A stretch of 28,705 bases of DNA from Mycobacteriales bacterium (GTDB lineage Bacteria; Actinomycetota; Actinomycetes; DATGDX01), in contig DATGDX010000012.1 of assembly GCA_035310665.1 (NCBI GenBank), forward strand, positions 1-28,705, given 5' to 3'. Of the stretch, positions 18,840 to 25,263 are shown in pieces. Both the position numbers and the translations under genes were made by a program. How positions within the stretch are numbered: the first letter of the stretch is position 1; each line of letters starts with the position of its first letter. The notes below the pieces were generated by a model. That model was given only the letters and a program-made list of their open reading frames with translations, ran no database searches and was not told the origin of the DNA.

Positions 18840-19675
18840 CGCCGGCCGAGCCGGTCGAGCCAGCGCAACGGGGCGACCGCGTCGATCACCCGGCCGAAAC
18901 TGACCGCCTCGCTGGCGGCGGTGAGCGTGCTGAGGGCCGCGAGCGTCGCGGCGAGCGCCCGGCGGGAGCGGGCGTCGACGAGTCCCAGTCCCACGAGTGC
19001 GCCGAGCGCGTTCGCCCCGGCGTCGCCGAGCATCCCCCGCTCACCGAGGTCGGCGGGCAGCAGCGCCGCCGCGGCGCCCAGCCCGGCGGCCAGGGCGGGC
19101 GCGGTCGGCCCGCCGCCGACGACGAGGGGCAGGCCGATCGCGAGCCCCGCCTTGATCGCGCGACCGGGGCGCAGGTCGAGGAGGTTGACCAGGTTCGCCG
19201 ACCCGGCGACGACGCCACCGGCGAGCACCGCGTCGACCGGATCCGGTCGGGCCAGTGCGCCCGCGGCGAGACCCGCACCGCCGACCCCCACCACCTTGAC
19301 GAGCCCGCTGGTGATCTCACCCCGGCTCAGGGCGTGCAGGTGCCCGGCGAAGCCCTTCGCGTCGCCCGTGCCCGCGACGTCGTCGTACCCGCCCACCGCC
19401 GCCGCGCCCGCGGTGGCGAGGAGGGCGGCGCAGCGCAGCCGCGCGCCGAGGCCCGGCGCCGCGGCGACGCCCACGATCACCCCCGCCACGTAAGCGGGTC
19501 CCTCGAGCAAGGTCACCGTGCGGCCCCGGTAGTTGCGGCGCAGCCAGCGGGCCGCCGAGCGACGCGCCAGCAGCGGCCAGGCCAGCGCCGCCGCGGTGGC
19601 ACCGACGGTGGCACCGACCGCGGCCGTGCGCACGGGAGCGCGCAGGCGAGCGCGCACGGTTGCGCCGCGGCTCAT
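18833..19675 (-). CDS. MraY/WecA-like polyprenyl-phosphate sugar-phosphate transferase family protein (short form, 280 aa)
   Basis: GGYDD (cf. GxxDD), ANLVNLLDLRPG (cf. NAxNxxDGxDG), MLGDAGANALG (cf. FMGDxGS). Confidence 0.75.
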   Translation of the reverse strand: MSRGATVRARLRAPVRTAAVGATVGATAAALAWPLLARRSAARWLRRNYRGRTVTLLEGPAYVAGVIVGVAAAPGLGARLRCAALLATAGAAAVGGYDDVAGTGDAKGFAGHLHALSRGEITSGLVKVVGVGGAGLAAGALARPDPVDAVLAGGVVAGSANLVNLLDLRPGRAIKAGLAIGLPLVVGGGPTAPALAAGLGAAAALLPADLGERGMLGDAGANALGALVGLGLVDARSRRALAATLAALSTLTAASEAVSFGRVIDAVAPLRWLDRLGRRC

Positions 19676-20643
19676 GCCCGCGGTTGCGGGCGGGTCAGGA
19701 ACCCGGTGGCGCCGGCGCCGACGCCGTACTGCCCCGCCTGGCCGCGCGCCTGCCCGGCGAGCGCGAAGACCACCGCGACCCGGCCGCCGGCGGTGTCCGC
19801 GACGTCGACCGAGGACACCGCACGCGCCGCGGAGGCGTCCCCGCGCAGCCGCGCCACCACCCCGTGAACGCCCGCCGAGCCGCGCGGCCCGGCGAGGGCG
19901 GCACCGGCCGCGCGGGCGTCGAGCGCACGGGCGAGGGAGACGAGGGCGCTCGCGCGCCGGTCCGCCTCCTGCGCCGCCTGCTGTTCCACCGGTCCCGGTC
20001 CGGTCCGCGGCGGCGGCGGGGCGAGCACCACGGCGAGGGACGCGGGCGCGGGTGCCGCGCCGGACGTGGTCAGGAAGCCCGCCTCCCGGAAACCGGCGAG
20101 GACCGCGGTGCGGGCGGCGTCGGTCACGGCCGGGGCCCGACCGGGGCGATCGGCCAGCGCGGCGGCGAGCTCGACGGCGGCGCGGTCCGTCGGCGTTCCC
20201 TTCGGCAGGGCGACCCCCGGCGGCACCAGGCGGGCGACGAGGTCGTCGAGGAGGCTGGCCCGGGCGGGGTCGAAGTACGCCGGGGTGAGACCGACCGCGC
20301 TCACCACCGTCGCCCCCGCCGCCCGCAGCGTCCCGGCCAGCCCGTCGCCCAGCCCGGCGGGGGCGTCCGGGGCAGCCACCAGCGTCACCCGCTGGCCGGC
20401 GAGCCGTCCGGCGACCAGGGCGGGGGTGATCTCCGCGGTGAACGCCTCGGCCTCCTTGACCTGGCTGCGGCTGTCCTCCAGGGCGCGCCGCAGGTCCTGC
20501 TTGTCACTGCGGAGGTTGCGGGCCTCCCGCTTGACCTGGTCGAGCGCCGGCCCGTTCAGCGCGGTGGTGCCGAGGACGACGCCGACCGCCAGCGCGAGGA
20601 ACACCGCCGCGATGGAGACGATGTGGTACCGAAAGTCGATCAC
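19672..20643 (-). CDS. steB: SteB / MctB-family ('copper transporter', DUF3186) protein
   Basis: Hallmark N-terminus MIDFRYHIVSIAAVFLALAVGVVLG, a coiled coil, C-terminal VSSVDVAD..GRVAVVFAL...GQYG, and position after steA. Confidence 0.9.
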   Translation of the reverse strand: MIDFRYHIVSIAAVFLALAVGVVLGTTALNGPALDQVKREARNLRSDKQDLRRALEDSRSQVKEAEAFTAEITPALVAGRLAGQRVTLVAAPDAPAGLGDGLAGTLRAAGATVVSAVGLTPAYFDPARASLLDDLVARLVPPGVALPKGTPTDRAAVELAAALADRPGRAPAVTDAARTAVLAGFREAGFLTTSGAAPAPASLAVVLAPPPPRTGPGPVEQQAAQEADRRASALVSLARALDARAAGAALAGPRGSAGVHGVVARLRGDASAARAVSSVDVADTAGGRVAVVFALAGQARGQAGQYGVGAGATGFLTRPQPRA

Positions 20644-20646
20644 TGA

Positions 20647-21846
20647 CTAGAACAGCCCCGACAGCCAGAACACGAACGTGTCCCACTTGGTCGCGGCCAC
20701 CGTGAGGTAGACCTGCCCGACGGGGGAGACGAGCACCGCGACCAGCAACGTGACCAGCGTCGCCGCGACGAGCAGCAGCAGGGTCGGCGCACCGATCCGG
20801 CTGCGGTACAGGCGGCTGACACCCTTGGCGTCCACGAGTTTGCCGCCCACCCGCAGCCGGGTGAGGAACGTGCTCGCCATCCCCGACCGTCCCTTGTCCA
20901 GGAACTCGACGAGGGTGGCGTGGGTGCCGACCGCGACGATGAGGTCGGCGCCCCTGTCGTCGGCGAGCAGCATCGCGATGTCCTCGCTGGTGCCCGCGGC
21001 GGGGAACACGACGGCGTCGAGCCCGAGGGCGTGGACGCGGGCGAGCCCCGGGGCCCGACCGTCCCGGTACGCGTGGACCACGATCTCCGCGCCGCTGCGC
21101 AGCGTCTCGTCGGACACCGAGTCCATGTCCCCGACGATCAGGTCGGGCTGGTACCCGGCCTCCCGGAGCGCGTCCGCGCCGCCGTCGACGCCGACGAGGA
21201 CCGGCCGGTACTCCCGGATGTAGGGGCGCAGCACCTGCAGGTCCTCGCGGTAGTGGTAACCGCGGACCACGATGAGGACGTGCCGGCCCTCGACGTCGGT
21301 GCGGATGTCGGGAACACCGACGCCGTCGAGGAGCAACTCGCGCTCCCGCTGGAGGTACTCCATGGTGTTGCCGGCGAACGCCTCGAGCTGCACCGCGAGC
21401 CCCGCCCGCGCCTCGGCCATCGCGGCCGCCACGGTCGTCGGGCTCTGCCGCACGCCCTTCGCGACGACCTCCCCGTCGCGGTAGAGCCGGTCCTCGTGCA
21501 GCCGGACGATGTCGCCCTCGCGAACCGCCGTGAACGCGTCGGGCCCGACGTCGTCGAGCAGGGGCACGCCGGCGGCGAGCAGGATCTCGGGGCCGAGGTT
21601 CGGGTAGCGCCCGCTGATGCTCGGCGCGACGTTGACTACCCCGCCGACCTGGGCGGCGACGAGCGCGTCGGCGGCGACCCGGTCGAGGTCCACGTGGTCG
21701 ATCAACGCGATGTCACCCGGGTGCAGCCGCTTGGTCAGCGTCTTGGTCCGCCGGTCGAGCCGCACGACGCCGGCGACGCCAGGCAGCTCCGGCTTCCGGT
21801 CACCTCTGTGCCGGCGCCGGGCGCGGCGCAGCGTCGTGGTTCCCAC
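20647..21846 (-). CDS. steA: Cell division protein SteA (Rv1697-like)
   Basis: RLDRRTK.LTKRL.PGDIA.IDH.DLDRV, SGRYPNLGP, GRHVLIVVRG, VGVDGGADAL, FLDKGRSGMASTFLTRLRVG.KLVDAKGVSRLY, C-terminal TM. Confidence 0.93.
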   Translation of the reverse strand: MGTTTLRRARRRHRGDRKPELPGVAGVVRLDRRTKTLTKRLHPGDIALIDHVDLDRVAADALVAAQVGGVVNVAPSISGRYPNLGPEILLAAGVPLLDDVGPDAFTAVREGDIVRLHEDRLYRDGEVVAKGVRQSPTTVAAAMAEARAGLAVQLEAFAGNTMEYLQRERELLLDGVGVPDIRTDVEGRHVLIVVRGYHYREDLQVLRPYIREYRPVLVGVDGGADALREAGYQPDLIVGDMDSVSDETLRSGAEIVVHAYRDGRAPGLARVHALGLDAVVFPAAGTSEDIAMLLADDRGADLIVAVGTHATLVEFLDKGRSGMASTFLTRLRVGGKLVDAKGVSRLYRSRIGAPTLLLLVAATLVTLLVAVLVSPVGQVYLTVAATKWDTFVFWLSGLF

Positions 21847-21852
21847 CTCCTC

Positions 21853-21861
21853 ATCGTGCCA
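21853..21861 (-). promoter_or_regulatory. Putative extended -10 (TGG-CACGAT) for a leaderless steA transcript
   Basis: The hexamer ends exactly 6 nt before the steA GTG. The AGGAG abuts the start codon, so it cannot act as a normally spaced SD. Confidence 0.45.
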
Positions 21862-21946
21862 GAGCCGAACGCAGCGGCGGGTCCGGCTCGCCGCCGTGCG
21901 GCGGAAAAAGCCGCCGGGTGGGCGAGGGCCGGGCGCCGGGGTTCCG

Positions 21947-21952
21947 TACGGT
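21947..21952 (+). promoter_or_regulatory. Putative -10 (TACGGT) for a leaderless cyclase transcript
   Basis: TANNNT 7 nt before GTG 21960, with no SD. Confidence 0.5.
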
Positions 21953-21959
21953 CGCCGCC

Positions 21960-22640
21960 GTGAACCTCGCCAGCCCGATCCGGCGCATCTTCGACCTGTC
22001 GCTGCCCGTCGACGCGACCCTGCCGGTGTTTCCCGGGGACCCCGTTCCCGGGGTCCGGCCCGCGGCCACCCTCGAGCGTGACGGGTTCAACCTGCTGCAC
22101 GTCTCGATGGGATCGCAGACCGGCACGCACGTCGACGCGCCGTACCACGTGCGCGCCGACGGAGCCCGGGTGGACGAGCTCGACCTGTCCCTGCTCGTCG
22201 CGCCGGCCACGATCGTGGACCTGCGCGGTAGGCCGCCTCGGTCACCGATCCGGTGGGCGGACCTGGCGCCGTACGCCGGTGCGCTCGCCCCCGGCCGGAT
22301 GCTCGTCCTGCACACGGACTGGTCGGGGCGGAACCACTCGCGGAGCCTGTTGGATCACCCGTTCCTGGACGTCGAGGCGGCCCGCCGCGTGGTGGCGGCC
22401 GGCGTGCGCACGGTGGGGACCGACGCGATGAACATCGACGAGAGCCTGCCGCACGCGGTCGCACCGCCACCGCTGCCCGCCCACCACGTCGTCCTCGGCG
22501 CCGGCGGCGTGATCGCGGAGAACCTGGCGAACCTGGACGCGGTCGACTTCCCGGACCCCCTGGTCAGCCTGCTTCCGATCAGGCTCACCGGGGCCGACGG
22601 CGCCCCCGTGCGCGCGGTCGCGATGCAGCTCGCCCCGTAG
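21960..22640 (+). CDS. Cyclase family (kynurenine formamidase-like) metal-dependent hydrolase
   Basis: IFDLSLPV...PVFPGDP, SQTGTHVDAPYH (cf. HxGTHxDxPxH), VGTDAMNID, H..VLGAGGVIAENL.NL, PIRLTGADGAPVRAVA. Confidence 0.9.
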   Translation: MNLASPIRRIFDLSLPVDATLPVFPGDPVPGVRPAATLERDGFNLLHVSMGSQTGTHVDAPYHVRADGARVDELDLSLLVAPATIVDLRGRPPRSPIRWADLAPYAGALAPGRMLVLHTDWSGRNHSRSLLDHPFLDVEAARRVVAAGVRTVGTDAMNIDESLPHAVAPPPLPAHHVVLGAGGVIAENLANLDAVDFPDPLVSLLPIRLTGADGAPVRAVAMQLAP

Positions 22641-22666
22641 CGGCACGGTCCGGCCGCAGCCCGGGC

Positions 22667-23572
22667 TCAGTGCTCGGCCGCGCGCTCGCCACCGCCTCGC
22701 CAGCCGCGCACCGGCAGGGCGAACTTCGCGACGAGCCGGTCGGTGAACGGGCGTTGGTGCAACCGGGCCAGGCGGACCGGTTGCCGCCCGCGGCGGACCT
22801 CGACCCGGGCGCCGGGTGGCAGCTCGACCGTGCGCCGCCCGTCGCACCACAGCACGCCGCCCGGGGTGTCGGCGAGCACCTCGACGGCGAGCACGCTGGT
22901 CGGCGCCACGACCAGCGGGCGGGCGAACAGCGCGTGCGCGCTGATCGGGACCATCAGCAGCGCGGCGACCTCGGGCCACACGACCGGGCCGCCGGCGGAG
23001 AACGCGTACGCCGTCGAGCCGGTCGGGGTGGCGCAGACGACCCCGTCGCAGCCCCAGCGGGACAGCGGGCGGCCGTCCACTTCCGCGATCACCTCCAGCA
23101 TCCGGTCGCGGGCGGACTTCTCCACACTCGCCTCGTTGAGCGCCCAGTTGTCCGCGACCACGCGCCCGTCCAGGGACACGGTGATGTCGACGGTCATCCG
23201 CTCCTCGACGGTGTAGTGGCAGTGGAGGACGCGGTCGACCGTCGCGGCGAGATCGGCCCGCTCGGCCTCGGCCAGGAAGCCGACGTGGCCGAGGTTGACG
23301 CCCAGCAGCGGTGTGCCCTGCGGGCGGACGAGCTCGGCGGCGCGGAGCAGCGTGCCGTCGCCGCCGAGCACGAGGACGACCTCGGCCCCCTCCGCGGCCG
23401 CCGGGCCCGGCTCCACGCTGGTCGCCGGCAGCGGGCCGAGCTCGTCCACCTCCTTCGCGAGCACCCGGACGGTGACGCCGGCCGCGGCGAGCCGCTCGAC
23501 GACGAGCCGGGCGCTGCGCAGGGCCGCGGTCCGCCCGGTGTGGGTCACGAGCAGGACCGTCCGCCCGCTCAC
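22667..23572 (-). CDS. ppnK: NAD kinase
   Basis: LGGDGTLLRAA, GVNLGHVGFL, ALNEA, DGVVCATPTGSTAYAFSAGGP, LWCDGRR. Confidence 0.97.
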   Translation of the reverse strand: MSGRTVLLVTHTGRTAALRSARLVVERLAAAGVTVRVLAKEVDELGPLPATSVEPGPAAAEGAEVVLVLGGDGTLLRAAELVRPQGTPLLGVNLGHVGFLAEAERADLAATVDRVLHCHYTVEERMTVDITVSLDGRVVADNWALNEASVEKSARDRMLEVIAEVDGRPLSRWGCDGVVCATPTGSTAYAFSAGGPVVWPEVAALLMVPISAHALFARPLVVAPTSVLAVEVLADTPGGVLWCDGRRTVELPPGARVEVRRGRQPVRLARLHQRPFTDRLVAKFALPVRGWRGGGERAAEH

Positions 23573-23614
23573 GGTGCCTCGCTCACGGCAGCCAGCTCAT
23601 CGGGGGCCGCTCAC
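23569..23614 (-). other. Chain of three 5-codon micro-ORFs (VSGPR*, MSWLP*, VSEAP*) linking tlyA to ppnK
   Basis: RTGAGC recurs at exact 14-nt steps (23614, 23600, 23586, 23572). Each TGA overlaps the next start. Translation is not demonstrated. Confidence 0.5.
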
Positions 23615-24447
23615 CGGGGTCCCTCGGCCACCGCTCGCGCCAGGTCCGGCTCGGCGAGCGGCGGCGCCTCGGCGCGCAGCCACAGGAAGTACTCCACGTT
23701 GCCCGCCGGTCCCGGCAGCGGGCTCGCCACGACCCCCCGCACGCCCCACCCGAGCGTCGCCGCCGCCGACGCCACCGTGCGCACGGCGTCGGCCCGCAGC
23801 GCCGGGTCGCGCACGACCCCGCGCGAGCCCAGCCGCTCCCGGCCGACCTCGTACTGCGGCTTCACGAGCAGGACCAGGTCGGCGCCGGGCCGGGCGCAGC
23901 GCATCAGTGCGGGGAGCACGAGCGCGAGGGAGATGAACGACAGGTCGGCGACGACGAGGTCGACCGGCCCGCCCAGGAGCTCCGGCGTGAGGTGACGGGC
24001 GTTGGTGCGGTCGAGGACGGTGACCCGCGGGTTCGCACGCAGCGGCCAGGCGAGCTGCCCGTACCCGACGTCGACCGCGACGACCGACCCCGCGCCGTGG
24101 CGCAGCAGCACGTCGGTGAAGCCACCCGTCGAGGCGCCGACGTCCGCCGCGCGACGGCCGGCGACCACCAGCCCGCGCGGCGCGAACGCGGCCAACGCGG
24201 CCGCAAGCTTGCCGCCTCCCCGCGAGACGTAGGAAACCTCGTCCCGGTCGTCGACGACCCGCAGCGCGTCATCCGGCGCGACCGCGGTCGCCGCCTTGGT
24301 CGCCGGGGCGCCGCCGAGGAGCACGCGGCCGGCTGAGACGAGGTCGCCCGCCTGCTCGCGGGAGCGCGCCAGGCCGCGACGCACGAGTTCGACGTCGAGC
24401 CGGAACCGGCGCACCGGCCTGCGGCGCGTCGAGGCGGCCGATCTCAC
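23611..24447 (-). CDS. tlyA: TlyA rRNA (cytidine-2'-O)-methyltransferase
   Basis: S4 domain RLDVELVRRGLARSR, YVSRGGGKL, DVGASTGGFTD, VDVGYGQL, DLSFISL, LVKPQYE, GPAGNVEY (K-D-K-E tetrad present). The start could also be GTG 24414. Confidence 0.96.
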   Translation of the reverse strand: MRSAASTRRRPVRRFRLDVELVRRGLARSREQAGDLVSAGRVLLGGAPATKAATAVAPDDALRVVDDRDEVSYVSRGGGKLAAALAAFAPRGLVVAGRRAADVGASTGGFTDVLLRHGAGSVVAVDVGYGQLAWPLRANPRVTVLDRTNARHLTPELLGGPVDLVVADLSFISLALVLPALMRCARPGADLVLLVKPQYEVGRERLGSRGVVRDPALRADAVRTVASAAATLGWGVRGVVASPLPGPAGNVEYFLWLRAEAPPLAEPDLARAVAEGPR

Positions 24448-24491
24448 TGGTGGCGTCTCATTCGGGGGCGCCTCGCTCGGGAGCGCCTCAC
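24444..24491 (-). other. Putative 15-aa bridging micro-ORF (VRRSRARRPRMRRHQ*; internal ATG gives MRRHQ*) between the small protein and tlyA
   Basis: GTG 24491 overlaps the upstream TGA, and its TGA (24446-24444) overlaps the tlyA GTG. It contains an imperfect 15-bp repeat x3 (24452-24496). Confidence 0.4.
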
Positions 24492-24640
24492 CGCGGAGGG
24501 TGCGCGAGGTCGCCGAGGACCCCCTGCAGCAGCCGATGGACCTCGTCGTACACGTCGGCGTGCTCCTCGACGGGGCGCTCGTCCAGGGTCGCGAGCCGCG
24601 CGACCGCCTCCTCGACGCGTGGATCGACAGGGTGCTCCAC
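24488..24640 (-). CDS. Small conserved actinobacterial protein upstream of tlyA (Rv1693-like, about 50 aa)
   Basis: VDPRVEEAVARLATLDERPVEEHADVYDEVHRLLQGVL matches the pattern I recall for this small helical family, and the position is syntenic. Start uncertain. Confidence 0.65.
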   Translation of the reverse strand: MEHPVDPRVEEAVARLATLDERPVEEHADVYDEVHRLLQGVLGDLAHPPR

Positions 24641-24734
24641 CGCGCGGCACTCTCCCTTCGAGCCCTTCGAGCCAGTCACGCCGTTCGAGACCCTTGGGCG
24701 GACGAACGTCGGGTGTGGGAACACTCGCCGGTCC

Positions 24735-24744
24735 ACGGTACCGT
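24735..24744. promoter_or_regulatory. Palindromic ACGGTACCGT: candidate bidirectional -10 (TACCGT on both strands)
   Basis: Perfect 10-bp palindrome in the divergent gap between the small protein/tlyA operon and the SCP2 gene. Confidence 0.45.
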
Positions 24745-24861
24745 CCGCTGGGTGCGCCGCCGCCGCGTGTGCGCGCGTGACAGGACCCGGATCGCACGGC
24801 GCGATCGCAGGCGGGTTTCGTCGAGGGGACCGAGCCGGGCACGGAGGGAGGCCGCATCGCG

Positions 24862-25200
24862 ATGGCGACGCTGGAGGAGTGCCGGGCGGCGTTGGAGATC
24901 GTCGTCGCCCGCCTCGCCACCGCCGACGACGCCGTCCGCCGCCGCCACCTCGCCGATCGCACGATCAGCTGCCGCGTTCGCGATCTCGACGTCACGTTCA
25001 CCGGACGGCTGGCGAACGGCCGGTTGGCCGATGTCACGACCGAGCGGGCACCGAAGGCGCAGATCCGGCTCACGGTGGGCAGCGACGACCTTCTCGCACT
25101 CACCAACGGACACCTGTCCTTCGCGTCCGCGTGGGCGCGCGGGAGGGTGAAGGTCGACGCGAGCGTCATGGACCTGCTGCGGCTGCGCAACCTGCTCTGA
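24862..25200 (+). CDS. SCP2 sterol-binding / alkyl-sulfatase C-terminal-like domain protein (112 aa)
   Basis: MATLEECRAAL...RTISCRVRDLDVTF.GRL...AQIRLTVGSDDLLAL..G.LSFASAWA.GRVKVDASVMDLLRLR. GGAGGGAGG SD. Confidence 0.8.
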   Translation: MATLEECRAALEIVVARLATADDAVRRRHLADRTISCRVRDLDVTFTGRLANGRLADVTTERAPKAQIRLTVGSDDLLALTNGHLSFASAWARGRVKVDASVMDLLRLRNLL

Positions 25201-25236
25201 TGGGGCAACCTGCTCTGATGGGGCAACCTGCTCTGA
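25187..25236 (+). repeat. Perfect 18-bp tandem repeat (about 2.8 copies) triplicating the SCP2 stop region
   Basis: GCAACCTGCTCTGATGGG x2 plus GCAACCTGCTCTGA. Confidence 0.95.
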
Positions 25237-25263
25237 CGAGCGCGCACCGCGCCCGAGAGGCCG

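Noticed and set aside
19672-20643. steB as a copper-resistance porin (MctB label)
   Set aside because: There are no copper-homeostasis neighbours. Pairing with steA fits the cell-separation role established for this family.
25187-25236. 18-bp repeats as a mini-CRISPR
   Set aside because: The units are directly adjacent with no unique spacers, too short, and there are no cas genes. The same applies to the repeats at 2908 and 16044.
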